From a virus: a stretch of DNA of 64,000 nt. The first letter of the stretch is position 1. The number at the start of each line of letters is the position of its first letter. The position numbers and the translations under genes were made by a program. Under the pieces are notes generated by a model that made no database searches, had not been told where the DNA came from, and saw nothing but the letters and a program-made list of their open reading frames with translations. Where the stretch lies: the IMG/VR virus record IMGVR_UViG_3300044991_002272. The stretch is one strand, 5' to 3'. Shown piece after piece: positions 45,802 through 55,470 of the stretch.

Positions 45802-47081
45802 ACCCTATCATAAATCAGTTCAAGCCATTCTCGGCGAATAATACCCTTGTCAAACAAACTCTGCACCACGTCCCAATGCACCCCAAACTCCCTTTCAATT
45901 TCCTCTTGAACATCAGGTGTGTTGTTGACGACTTCAATAGCTGATCCTAGTTTATCACACCCGCTCCCGTCTAGGATATAATCAATATTCTCAACAATGG
46001 CTGTGATGCGCTCACGTGCCTTGCGCATTTCCTCCACAGCAGTGTTTTTGGTATTTTTGGTTTTTGTTTTTTTAGGACTGATTTTGGTCTTGCCCTTGGG
46101 CACGCTAGCCACAGTGTCGTTACGCTGGTAGCTAACTGTGCCCGCGGCCAACTGCTTGATTGTGTCCTTGTCAAGCAGCGTGAGATCAGCAGTACTGCCA
46201 ATCACCCTACTGATGCTCTTGCGTGCCAGCACCTGTGCCAAATACCTGTCTTTGTTGACTTGTACACTGGCATGTGCACTGCCTTTCCAGATGTCAACTG
46301 TGCTCAGCACTTCACTCATGACATCGGCAGCACTCCGCTTGGGGTTCTGTTTAGTGATGTTGAAAGTGGTTTCCAAGAGCATGCTGTCAAACTTGTCATC
46401 CCTATTGGGATCAAAGCTGAGGCTGATGATCTTGCCCACCTTCTTGGGGTCTTTGCCTGGTGTAAGCACGCGGCTCATTTTTTGAATAGTTGCACCCACC
46501 TCGCCGCTGTCGTAAGCCAGATACAACTCCGTGATCTCTGGAATTGAGAAGCTGCGCTGTGCCATAAGGCTGCTGATGATTAGTACGCTTTGGTTCAGCT
46601 TGACAGCTTGTTCAATTTGCTCTCTCACCTTTCGCTCAGCATTGGCATTGCGTACTTTTTGCCCATCAATTAGGATGTTGCCGCCCAGCACAATCACTCG
46701 CCAAGCTGGCAGAGCACTTTGCGCAATCACGCCAATGGCTGCCAGCTGGCCATCCTTCACTCGGGTGCTGCCTGGCACAAACATCATGGCTGTTTTTTGA
46801 CGCTCGCGACCAAACCAGTTTTGGGTTTGCAGATCCACGTTGGCAGTGTCAACACCGTGCTTGCCTAGGAACACTGTCTCCAGCATCCTCACAAAAAAAC
46901 CTTTGGCTTTTTGAGGGTGCGCTGCAAACTTGCTCCAACTGGGCAGCAGCTTCATGTCTTCGTCATCAAACTCGCCAGCAGCTACACTCTGCATAACAGG
47001 CTCGCTGAGGTCCAGCTGAAACAGCCTCATGTCAGGCACAAGAAGGTCTCGAGAGGTTTCAATCTTGAAATGCTTAAGCAT
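45798..47081 (-). CDS. SF2 helicase/translocase C-terminal (RecA2) half of a restriction-like enzyme
   Basis: MAQRSFSIPEITELYL, IQKMSRVLT (motifs V/VI); start overlaps the upstream stop (ATGCTTAA). Confidence 0.7.
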   Translation of the reverse strand: MLKHFKIETSRDLLVPDMRLFQLDLSEPVMQSVAAGEFDDEDMKLLPSWSKFAAHPQKAKGFFVRMLETVFLGKHGVDTANVDLQTQNWFGRERQKTAMMFVPGSTRVKDGQLAAIGVIAQSALPAWRVIVLGGNILIDGQKVRNANAERKVREQIEQAVKLNQSVLIISSLMAQRSFSIPEITELYLAYDSGEVGATIQKMSRVLTPGKDPKKVGKIISLSFDPNRDDKFDSMLLETTFNITKQNPKRSAADVMSEVLSTVDIWKGSAHASVQVNKDRYLAQVLARKSISRVIGSTADLTLLDKDTIKQLAAGTVSYQRNDTVASVPKGKTKISPKKTKTKNTKNTAVEEMRKARERITAIVENIDYILDGSGCDKLGSAIEVVNNTPDVQEEIEREFGVHWDVVQSLFDKGIIRREWLELIYDRV

Positions 47082-48054
47082 TGGCTGAATTCATCTCTTG
47101 ACTAGCACGCTTCTGGATCAACAGTTCTGGATAGGTCACGCTCAGCATGGTGTCAATCTTCCACAGCTTGCTGGCCCTGTCAGCGTTGGTTCCGGTCATA
47201 ATGAGAACCTTATCGCGCTTGCCAATATATTTCTTCAGCAGTTCAGCCTGCCCAGGTCGATAGCTGCCATAGTCAGCCTCATCGACAATCAACAGCCGGT
47301 CTACCCTCTTCTGACACAGCCATTTGATGCGGGCCTCGCGCTGACCACCGCTGCACATACTGAGGTAGCATACCACAGGTTTCTTTTTCTTCAATGCCCC
47401 TGAGACAAGATCTTGCCAGCCTTCGCTCTGTGTGTCCACATGTTGGTAGTGTGCCCACTGCTCAAAGCTGGTGAGGTCTTTGGCAAAGCTGGCGAAAACT
47501 GTTTTCACGTAACTGGCTACAATCACCAAAGGCACATCAAGCTCGCGAGCTACTGCGCCGCTGTAGATGGTCTTGCCAAATCGAGCACACAGCTCAGCCA
47601 GCACCACATGTTTCCCAGCTTGAAAGGCATCTAGGGTTTGTGTGCACATGCTGTATTGCATAGTGCTCAAGCCTGCCTGAGGCAGTGCTTGATTCACACT
47701 GGCAAGATGTTGGTTGACCTTGAGAATCAGTTCCGCACTGCTGCGCATATGGATCTCACCAGTGGTGCCTTTGCGATGCCCTACAAATGTTCGAACGTAG
47801 TCGTCCATCCTTGCATGCTGGCGGCAGCGGCTCACACGCTGGGCGTAGTCAGTTACGTCCCAGATATGATCAACTGTAACAATGCCTGCTCGCAAGAGAT
47901 CTTTCCGCACGCCAAGGCTGTCGCGCACTCGAGCTCGAACTGAGTCCTCAGGAGTTTCATCTGGCAGGACCCAACGTTCGCCAAATTTGCATTCTTGTGG
48001 ATTGGTGCTTTCACTCCACACGTATAAGAACATACGTCCTGGTTGTCCAGCCAT
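47074..48054 (-). CDS. Nuclease-like N-domain plus SF2 helicase RecA1 half
   Basis: N-terminal FLYVW...ECKFGE (T5orf172/GIY-YIG-like); ARFGKT; IVDEAD; MTGT. Confidence 0.78.
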   Translation of the reverse strand: MAGQPGRMFLYVWSESTNPQECKFGERWVLPDETPEDSVRARVRDSLGVRKDLLRAGIVTVDHIWDVTDYAQRVSRCRQHARMDDYVRTFVGHRKGTTGEIHMRSSAELILKVNQHLASVNQALPQAGLSTMQYSMCTQTLDAFQAGKHVVLAELCARFGKTIYSGAVARELDVPLVIVASYVKTVFASFAKDLTSFEQWAHYQHVDTQSEGWQDLVSGALKKKKPVVCYLSMCSGGQREARIKWLCQKRVDRLLIVDEADYGSYRPGQAELLKKYIGKRDKVLIMTGTNADRASKLWKIDTMLSVTYPELLIQKRASQEMNSANA

Positions 48055-48341
48055 CAGCTACTCCCTTCTTTCAGCGTGTGGTAGTTTTGGATCAGCTTGG
48101 GATAATCATAGATCAAGAGTTCAGCCTTACGAACAATAAACATTGTCATCACAACTGTGTCAACCCCGCCTATAACATAGAGCAGCACCAGGATTCCTGT
48201 TACCAAATAAGTCTCATTGAGCATATACTGGATACAGCCGTTGGGCGTAGTGCTGTTTTCAATTGCACTCTTGACGCTCAATCGGGCACTCCAAATACCT
48301 GCACCAATCATCAAGAAAATCAAAATGCCATCAGCTATCAT
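48054..48341 (-). CDS. Small membrane protein
   Basis: Two hydrophobic segments. Confidence 0.55.
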   Translation of the reverse strand: MIADGILIFLMIGAGIWSARLSVKSAIENSTTPNGCIQYMLNETYLVTGILVLLYVIGGVDTVVMTMFIVRKAELLIYDYPKLIQNYHTLKEGSS

Positions 48342-48814
48342 GGATGCATTTCCTTACCAAAAATAAGTGGCGGGCTGCCCATCCCGCGCAAGGTGTCTGG
48401 CATCTGGGCTGCCTGAAAAACACGTTGGGTTACTATCCACTCAGGATACACAAGCCCTACTATCGCAGCATCCTCAAGGGAACTGCACCAGATTTGAATA
48501 CCAAGATTGCCTACTGAGGCGTCAATCATTTCATTTCGGCTGGCTGGGTCAACCCGATATTTGACAAAGTATGGTCCCGTCAATACTCGTCCCAGCTTGT
48601 CGCACCAGAGGAATAGGTCTTGGTCATTTTCGCATTGACTTTTTTCATACATCCAACCCAAAACTACCCGGACCCAAGGACTATTGGCGTTGGCTTGGGC
48701 AAACTCCTCACACATAGTGTCCAACACGTCTTGGCTGGGCAGGCAAGTTTGATAACAGCCCGCCCAGCATTTAGTCCACTTCCAGGCAAATTCAAGATGC
48801 GTTTCTTGAGTCAA
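48338..48814 (-). CDS. Hypothetical protein
   Basis: 158-aa ORF in an early operon. Confidence 0.6.
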   Translation of the reverse strand: MTQETHLEFAWKWTKCWAGCYQTCLPSQDVLDTMCEEFAQANANSPWVRVVLGWMYEKSQCENDQDLFLWCDKLGRVLTGPYFVKYRVDPASRNEMIDASVGNLGIQIWCSSLEDAAIVGLVYPEWIVTQRVFQAAQMPDTLRGMGSPPLIFGKEMHP

Positions 48815-48820
48815 AGCCTG

Positions 48821-49756
48821 TTACACCTTGCCCCAGAAAGCTTTGACCACGCTCTTGCCGCGTGCAGTAGTGAGGCCTAGGGCCTTGACAACCACATCTA
48901 CCATCTGTGCCTCATTTACCTTGCCCTTGTGGTCTTGGATCAGCGCACGCACCTGGGCTGCAACGCTGGGCTTTCCTGCGTCCTTGCTGGGCTTGGCTGC
49001 TGCTGGAGCCTTAACCTTGGCTTGCGTCTTTACAGCTTTGCCCTTGCGTGCCGGCGCCTTGCCTGCCTTCACCGCCTTGGGCAGAACCTTGTCCTGGCGA
49101 GCCTGCTCAGGTTCCGCATTGCTGTTAAGTGCACGCACAATAGCCTTAAGAGGCTTCTGCCAGTCCTGGATCAGCTTGTCGCTCTGTGCCTCAGCAAACG
49201 CCTCAGCATAGTGCTCCTGCAGGCGGACTCGCACCTTGGGATGACCATATTTGGTAATAATCTTTTCAATTTCCACAGCCAGCTCCCGGAGTTCCATCTT
49301 GCCCTTGAGCACAAGGGTTTTGAGGTTGTCAATCCGGGAATAGCAAGCCACATATGCCTCAATGAGCTTGCCTGAGGCACTGAGCGCGAGGTTTTCCATC
49401 CCAATGTCAGTGTTGGGCTTGGCCTGGTGCAACGCATTGTCAATGTAAGTGTAACTCTTGGGGCTCAGCTGAGCTCCCCGATTGAGGCAGTAAGCAATCT
49501 TACCCATAGTCTGCTGGGTGCCAAAAGGAACGTTCTTGACCACAGCAGCATCGTGGGGCCTGCCCACCTGCGTGAGATACGCTTGCGCTTCGCGAATCAG
49601 CTCTTCCGGCTCAGCAGCCTGATGCACCCAGTTCAGTGCAAGCCCATACCTCACATTGAAGTCTGGGGCCGTGTAGTCAAGGGTGCTGAAGTCGGGTGCC
49701 CCACGGCTGTTCAAGATCTCTTGCAGCTTTGTGTCAGTGCGCGTCAACCGAGCCAT
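48821..49756 (-). CDS. Early protein with K/A/P-rich linker and C-terminal FWxKV domain
   Basis: Promoter TTGACA (49807-49812); AGGAG RBS; C-terminus homologous to the SprT C-terminus. Confidence 0.75.
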   Translation of the reverse strand: MARLTRTDTKLQEILNSRGAPDFSTLDYTAPDFNVRYGLALNWVHQAAEPEELIREAQAYLTQVGRPHDAAVVKNVPFGTQQTMGKIAYCLNRGAQLSPKSYTYIDNALHQAKPNTDIGMENLALSASGKLIEAYVACYSRIDNLKTLVLKGKMELRELAVEIEKIITKYGHPKVRVRLQEHYAEAFAEAQSDKLIQDWQKPLKAIVRALNSNAEPEQARQDKVLPKAVKAGKAPARKGKAVKTQAKVKAPAAAKPSKDAGKPSVAAQVRALIQDHKGKVNEAQMVDVVVKALGLTTARGKSVVKAFWGKV

Positions 49757-49869
49757 TTGGGTAACTCCTGTCTCTATGAGCCCAACATATAGCTAGTTGG
49801 GCCCAGTGTCAACCGTTTTCTTTGCCAAATTGCCAATTTTTTTGATGTGTGATTTCCGCAACACCCAAG

Positions 49870-49908
49870 ACTTGAGGCAGCGCGGCACATTGCCCTGCTG
49901 CCTCAAGT
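49870..49908. terminator. Long hairpin downstream of pstS
   Basis: ACTTGAGGCAGC / GCTGCCTCAAGT with inner GGCA/TGCC. Confidence 0.65.
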
Positions 49909-49955
49909 TGTGTGCCCTCAAGAGTGCAACCGGGTTCCGGGGCACGACCTCGTCG

Positions 49956-50987
49956 TCACTTCCAGACGGGGTTACCGTCAGGGGCTTTCACCTCACTTGC
50001 CCAGGTTTGGCGAATTCTGGCCTTCACTACAGCTGGTATAGGCACATAATCCAACCGTTCAGCTATCTCGTCGCCATGTGTGTAAGCCCAGTCAAAAAAT
50101 CGCATCACTGTGAGGCTGTTGGTGGGGTTGCGAGGATCACGCGGCAACAGAATGTAGGTGGGACTCACAATAGGCCAACTGTTGGCGCCAGGCTGGTCAA
50201 CGAGGTCAACAGCAAAGTTAGGCACGTTCCAGTTGGCAGATGCTGCTGTAGCCTCAAAAGCCTTGTGAGTGGGCTTCACCCAATGTCCATCGCGGTTGCG
50301 GATTTGCGTGGTAACCAATCCAGCTTGCTGAGCATAGGCATTTTCCACATAACCAATGGCTCCCATGATCTGACGCACACTGGCGCTAACACCCTCGTTT
50401 CCTCGTGCTCCAGTGCCAGTGGGCCACTTAACTGAGGTGCCTGTACCTACCTGGGTGCGCCATTGCTCACTCACTGCCGATAGGTAACTGGCCCAAACAA
50501 AGGTTGTTCCGCTGCCATCTGCGCGATACACCACTGCAATAGCCAAATTAGGCAAGCGAATTGTTGGATTCAGTTCCACAATGCGTTGATCATTCCACTT
50601 TACGATCTTACCTAGATAGATGTCTGCCAACACTGGACCAGTGAGTCTCAGTTGCTCTCGCTCTAGACCCGGCACATGGACTGCTGCAACTAAACTGCCC
50701 ATAGCTGTTGGAAACTGCACTAAGTTGTTTTTTTCCAAATCCTCCTGTTTCATAGGAGCATCACTGGCCCCAAAATCCACAGTGCGGTTCCGGATTTGGT
50801 TTTGCCCAGCACCGCTGCCCACACTTTGGTAGTTGAGTGCAATACCAGTTTTCTTCGCTTCCTCTCCCCATTTTTGATAAAGCGGGTTGGGAAAAGTGGC
50901 ACCAGCACCGTTTATTGGTTGCGCAACTACACCAGTAGCACCTATTGCCATCAACGCAGCAGCCATCAACAATTTTTTCAAACCCAT
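49956..50987 (-). CDS. pstS: Phosphate ABC transporter substrate-binding protein
   Basis: Signal peptide; GAGATFP, YQSVGSGAG, DFGASDAP, RADGSGTT, GAIGYVE. Confidence 0.96.
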   Translation of the reverse strand: MGLKKLLMAAALMAIGATGVVAQPINGAGATFPNPLYQKWGEEAKKTGIALNYQSVGSGAGQNQIRNRTVDFGASDAPMKQEDLEKNNLVQFPTAMGSLVAAVHVPGLEREQLRLTGPVLADIYLGKIVKWNDQRIVELNPTIRLPNLAIAVVYRADGSGTTFVWASYLSAVSEQWRTQVGTGTSVKWPTGTGARGNEGVSASVRQIMGAIGYVENAYAQQAGLVTTQIRNRDGHWVKPTHKAFEATAASANWNVPNFAVDLVDQPGANSWPIVSPTYILLPRDPRNPTNSLTVMRFFDWAYTHGDEIAERLDYVPIPAVVKARIRQTWASEVKAPDGNPVWK

Positions 50988-51063
50988 AAAGTTTCCTTTC
51001 ATAGTTTCTTTTGGTAATCTCAGTTTGCCGACGATTTTCCAAATATGCAATGAGGCTCTAAAG

Positions 51064-51092
51064 TTTTAATACGACTGTAATACAGCTTTCAA
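51064..51092. promoter_or_regulatory. Possible Pho box upstream of pstS
   Basis: 11-bp-periodic TTTTAAT-N4-CTGTAAT-N4-CTTTCAA versus consensus CTGTCAT-N4. Confidence 0.35.
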
Positions 51093-51148
51093 CATAAGAA
51101 AGAGTCAGGAGTGTGACTATCATAAATATCACAAATGAGGAAAATGTT

Positions 51149-52240
51149 ATGCCGCCGTTGACGTTCTGGAATGGAGTTGGTGCGAAAAACAAGGACTACA
51201 AGTTCTTTGATCGCATGGCATCTCAGTACATGAACATGGGTGGTACAGAATTTTATTGCCATAAGTACGTTGGGCCACTGAATCCAGATCCCAAGATTGT
51301 TACCCCTGACACAGACGAAACCAACTTACTCAGCATATCAGACTTAGTGAACTTGGAGGTGAGAGACAGAAAATATGACAACGACGTCTACAGCCTCAAG
51401 GGACACTACTTAGTCACTGACACAGAGTTTGATTTGAAGCAGTTTGGTTTTTTCCTGTCAACAGATACAATTTTCATAACCTTTCATATCAACCAAATGG
51501 TTACCCAACTGGGCCGACGGTTAATGAGTGGTGATGTACTTGAAGTGCTGCACATGAGAGACGACACTACTTTGGATGGCAGGCCCATCAACAAGTTTTA
51601 CGTGATCCAAGAGGGCACACGTCCTGCAGAAGGATTTAGCCCCACTTGGTGGGCACATCTATGGCGTGTGAAGTGCCAACCACTTACAGACAGTCAAGAG
51701 TTCCAGGACATTTTGAATAAAGAATTGGAAGATCGTGGAGATGGAATTGTGCCTGAGCCCAATCCTGACGGCAGCATGCCTACAATTGGTGATATCACTA
51801 GCGTATATGACAAAGAAATCAGCATCAACGATGCTGTTTTGGAAGAGGCTACTGCTAACGTGGCATTCAGAAACTGGCAAAGCACACACTTTTACATCCT
51901 TCAAGAGGACTTAGACCAACCTATTTCAGTATACAACTCAGACGGTATCCCACCAAACCAAAGCAAACCTGTGCCTTCTGGCACAAGTTTTCCCGCTGTT
52001 AACAAAGAAGGCGACTATTTCCTTCGCTTAGATTATGTTCCCCCTGTATTATACAAACGGACTGCATCAAAGTGGAAGAGAGTTGAGACCAATTATAGGG
52101 CCCCGTGGCTACCCGCTAACCGCGTGCTCACTAGCTTCATCAACAACAAAAACAAAACCACTCTCACAGATGGTAGTGTGATTGATGAACGCCAAAACCT
52201 GCGCACAGCTATCAAACCCAAACTAGATCCAGATATATAA
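51149..52240 (+). CDS. Neck/head-closure protein (T4 gp14-like)
   Basis: DFDLKQFGFFL, RRLMSGDVLE, WWAHLWRVKC; TAAATA at 51123. Confidence 0.8.
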   Translation: MPPLTFWNGVGAKNKDYKFFDRMASQYMNMGGTEFYCHKYVGPLNPDPKIVTPDTDETNLLSISDLVNLEVRDRKYDNDVYSLKGHYLVTDTEFDLKQFGFFLSTDTIFITFHINQMVTQLGRRLMSGDVLEVLHMRDDTTLDGRPINKFYVIQEGTRPAEGFSPTWWAHLWRVKCQPLTDSQEFQDILNKELEDRGDGIVPEPNPDGSMPTIGDITSVYDKEISINDAVLEEATANVAFRNWQSTHFYILQEDLDQPISVYNSDGIPPNQSKPVPSGTSFPAVNKEGDYFLRLDYVPPVLYKRTASKWKRVETNYRAPWLPANRVLTSFINNKNKTTLTDGSVIDERQNLRTAIKPKLDPDI

Positions 52241-52320
52241 ATACGGTTGTGGTTCACGGGAGGTGAGATTCCCTAACCACTCTAAACGCTATGTAGGAGC
52301 ATTCAGCAATGCGTATTTAT
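52237..52320 (+). ncRNA. Structured cis-element B (three-way junction) over the promoter, RBS and start codon of the HNH gene
   Basis: ATAAATACG/CGTATTTAT, GTT/AGC, GTGGTT/AACCAC, CAC bulge, GGGA/TCCC, GCT/AGC; TATAAATA at 52236. Confidence 0.75.
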
Positions 52321-53067
52321 CGCAATCCGTCTAACTATCGTGCAATTTATGAACAACATTATGGCCCTGTCCCCAAAGATCAAAATGGGCGAACTTATGA
52401 CATACACCATATAGATGGTGACCATACTAATAATGATCCTAGTAATTTACGAGCAGTTAGCATTCAAGAACATTATGATATACATTATCAACAAAAGGAC
52501 TATATGGCATGCTATATGATACGATTACGCATAGATAAAAGTCCTGAAATGTTATCAGAATTAAGCCGCAAAGGCCAGGAAAAAAGGGTAATTGATGGAA
52601 CCCACCATATGTTAGGTGGCCATGTTCAACGTAAAAGAGTTGAGAATGGCACCCATCCATGGCAAGACAAAGAATGGCACAAGCGCAGAGAACAAGAGAA
52701 GGTTGATAATAGAAGTCATATGTTTTTGAACCCTGAGATATCAAGAGCAATAACCTCCAAAAGATTAGCCGACGGGACACACAATTTTTTAAACAATACA
52801 TATGCGAAAGACTGGTGGGACAATAAACCAGAAGACGTTCTAGCTGAATATCGTAAAAATGCTCAGGAGAGGCAACGTAATAAGGTGGCTGATGGTAGTC
52901 ATCACTTCTTAAACAGTGGTGAAAAATCTAGAGAAATCCACCGCAAACTTATTGAGGAAGGCAGGCACCCTTCTCAGGTGATAAGGACCTGCCCACATTG
53001 TGGTAAAGAAGGGCGCGGAGCTGTTATGTTTAAGCATCACTTTGATAAATGCAAACAGCAAACGTAG
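52309..53067 (+). CDS. HNH homing endonuclease with GTH repeats and a C-terminal Zn ribbon
   Basis: DIHHIDGDHTNNDPSNL...EH..IH; GTHHML/GTHPWQ/GTHNFL/GSHHFL; CPHCGKEG. Confidence 0.9.
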   Translation: MRIYRNPSNYRAIYEQHYGPVPKDQNGRTYDIHHIDGDHTNNDPSNLRAVSIQEHYDIHYQQKDYMACYMIRLRIDKSPEMLSELSRKGQEKRVIDGTHHMLGGHVQRKRVENGTHPWQDKEWHKRREQEKVDNRSHMFLNPEISRAITSKRLADGTHNFLNNTYAKDWWDNKPEDVLAEYRKNAQERQRNKVADGSHHFLNSGEKSREIHRKLIEEGRHPSQVIRTCPHCGKEGRGAVMFKHHFDKCKQQT

Positions 53068-53135
53068 ACCGGAGAATGTTACCAGAAGACTTTTCGCTTC
53101 TGGTAAATACGAGCACTGCATTAAAGGAGACAAAC

Positions 53136-53579
53136 ATGAGTAAAACAACAGGCGAAAAAGGTCTATCACTTATCAAGAGTTTTGAAGGCTTGCGATTGGA
53201 CGCCTATATCTGTCCTGCAGGTGTAGCCACTATTGGTTATGGCACAACCAAAATCAATAGTCAAGCAGTTAAAGTGCCGTCAGTTATAACAGAGTCCCAA
53301 GCCAACGACTATCTGAAAACTGATGTCAAAGCATTTGAGCAATCTGTTAACAGTGCTGTCTCTGTGCCAGTTACACAAAACCAATTTGACGCACTTGTGA
53401 GTTTCACTTACAATCTAGGCGCCGGCAATTTACGTAGCAGCACACTCTTGAAAAAGCTCAATGCAGGTGACTATGCTGGTGCTGCTGATGAGTTCCCCAA
53501 ATGGAACAAAGCTGGTGGCAAAGAACTGGCAGGTTTGACCCGCCGCCGAAATGCTGAAAGGGACTTGTTTCTCAGCTAA
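53136..53579 (+). CDS. Lysozyme/endolysin (GH24)
   Basis: IKSFEGLRLDAYICPAGVATIGYG, NQFDALVSF.YN.G, WNKAGG, RRR.AE; TAAATA at 53104. Confidence 0.93.
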   Translation: MSKTTGEKGLSLIKSFEGLRLDAYICPAGVATIGYGTTKINSQAVKVPSVITESQANDYLKTDVKAFEQSVNSAVSVPVTQNQFDALVSFTYNLGAGNLRSSTLLKKLNAGDYAGAADEFPKWNKAGGKELAGLTRRRNAERDLFLS

Positions 53580-55462
53580 TGGAATATTGGTACAACCAAC
53601 AGCTACGGCAGTATAGACTTCAAGTCATACGAGCATTCAGCAACTTCAGTGTAAGCATGGGTATCAACAGCGACGGCACCCCGAAGCTGAGGCGAGTGCC
53701 TTGTCGCTATGGTGACCCTTCACGTTTGGCAGAAACCATCACAAATGCCAACAGTGAAAACAAATTACCAACAGCCCCTTTCATCTCAGTCTATTTGACA
53801 GCCATGAGTTTGGCACCCAACCGGCGTCATGCTCCAAGCCTTGTTTCAACACAAAACGTTATTGAACGTGAATACGACGGAGAAAATAGTCGCTACCTAG
53901 GTACACAAGGTAACAGAAGCACTGTTGAACGTTATATGGCTGTACCTTTTGACCTGACCTTCAACGTAGACTTTTGGACCAGTAACCTTAACCAAAAAGA
54001 AGAGCTTATTGAGCAAACCCAAGTACTCTATAATGGAATGATTGATATTCAAACATCGAACAATCCCTTGGACTGGACAGCTATTACAACCCTTGAGCCC
54101 ACAAACATCACTTGGAGCAGTCGAAGTATTCCCATTGGTACAGAAAACCCCATTGATGTTTGTACTGTTGAATACAAAGTGCCAATTTTCATAAATCCAC
54201 CAGCCAAAGTAAAACTCCAAAAGATAATTCAAGAGATTGTAACAAATATACGTGAAGGTGAATATGATCCCAACACAATGGAGTGGACCGAACAGTCTTT
54301 GCTGAGTAGAGTGTTAACAACTCCTCTGGATGCCTGTATTGCCATGGCCAATGCAGGTGAAAACACCTGGGAAATCAGCCTACAAAGTCCTTCTGGTAGT
54401 ACGATTGATCCTCAGACATTGCCGACCCGTGTGTTGGGCAGAAAAAATCCTGTATTGACACCTGGTACTACATTCAAGTTCAATGGGCAAGCTATAACAA
54501 TACCCAACACAAGTATTGATGATTTAATCAACTTGATTCGAGTGCGAACTGTTGAACCCAGTTTGAACGCAGTTTTTAATTTGAATCAGCAAATTGAATT
54601 TTGGAACATGACTGGTGGAGATATTGTCTTGGAAAACGTGGAAGGCACACCAATCCAGGATTTGGGATTTCAGCCCACCATATATAAGGGCGGAACCTTG
54701 GCTTGGTGGAGGCTCTTGGACAAATATGGCGCAGTAAAACCCCAAAGCAGTTTCCAAGAAAACGCTAGCCAAATAAGGCTGTTGTCAACAGATGATCTTG
54801 ACAACAGAGACTCTGACATTGTGGGATATATTGATTTTCATCCCACCAACCAAAACTACTTGATTTGGAAAGGCGAACTTTCCAGTTGGCCTGGAGATCA
54901 ACTTCCTCCCATCACTGCTGTTATTGATCCACAGCGCACTTACCCTGGCTCTGGCTTGACTGAGGAAAGATTTGGTCAAAGATATTTGTTGACAAATGAA
55001 GTTGCATTTCAAAGCGGCGCGTGGGGCAATGTTCAGGCAATACCAAATGTGCAGGCACTGGTAGTTGGTAAGGTCAGCAACCACGAACTGGTAATAGAAC
55101 CTGTTGATCAAGCCCAGTTAAGCCTGAACCGCAGCATGCAAATCCTATTTGGGTCAGGCATTACACAAACTGCAAGTGTTGTGCAGATTGTACAATTGAA
55201 TGCACTTCAATACCAAGTGGTTTTGTCAGGAGACTCTGTTGCACAAATTGGAGATTTTGTGCAAGTAATTTACCCTGTTATTGCCAACGATATAATTGAA
55301 TACAACGGCTCACAATGGGTTTTGGCCTTTGACAGCAGCAGCCCTTTGCAGACATTGGTGTTGAATCAATACAGTCAAAAATGGTTTCTTTGGACGAATC
55401 AAGAATGGAAAGCTTTTCCCAAGAGCACGTATACACAGGGCTTATGGCGCCTCAGCCTCTAA
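53579..55462 (+). CDS. Tail terminator (T4 gp15-like) with long C-terminal extension
   Basis: YWYNQQLRQY..Q..RAFS, VP.RYGD, VPFDLTFNVDFWT, EQ....YN. Confidence 0.8.
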   Translation: MEYWYNQQLRQYRLQVIRAFSNFSVSMGINSDGTPKLRRVPCRYGDPSRLAETITNANSENKLPTAPFISVYLTAMSLAPNRRHAPSLVSTQNVIEREYDGENSRYLGTQGNRSTVERYMAVPFDLTFNVDFWTSNLNQKEELIEQTQVLYNGMIDIQTSNNPLDWTAITTLEPTNITWSSRSIPIGTENPIDVCTVEYKVPIFINPPAKVKLQKIIQEIVTNIREGEYDPNTMEWTEQSLLSRVLTTPLDACIAMANAGENTWEISLQSPSGSTIDPQTLPTRVLGRKNPVLTPGTTFKFNGQAITIPNTSIDDLINLIRVRTVEPSLNAVFNLNQQIEFWNMTGGDIVLENVEGTPIQDLGFQPTIYKGGTLAWWRLLDKYGAVKPQSSFQENASQIRLLSTDDLDNRDSDIVGYIDFHPTNQNYLIWKGELSSWPGDQLPPITAVIDPQRTYPGSGLTEERFGQRYLLTNEVAFQSGAWGNVQAIPNVQALVVGKVSNHELVIEPVDQAQLSLNRSMQILFGSGITQTASVVQIVQLNALQYQVVLSGDSVAQIGDFVQVIYPVIANDIIEYNGSQWVLAFDSSSPLQTLVLNQYSQKWFLWTNQEWKAFPKSTYTQGLWRLSL

Positions 55463-55470
55463 ATAATCCT

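Noticed and set aside
47074-47081. Programmed frameshift joining the two helicase halves
   Set aside because: No slippery heptamer or stimulatory structure; a start/stop overlap explains it. A sequencing indel is not excluded.
51075-51085. LexA box (CTGTA-A-TACAG)
   Set aside because: Spacing is far shorter than CTGT-N8-ACAG, and alphaproteobacterial LexA uses a different motif.
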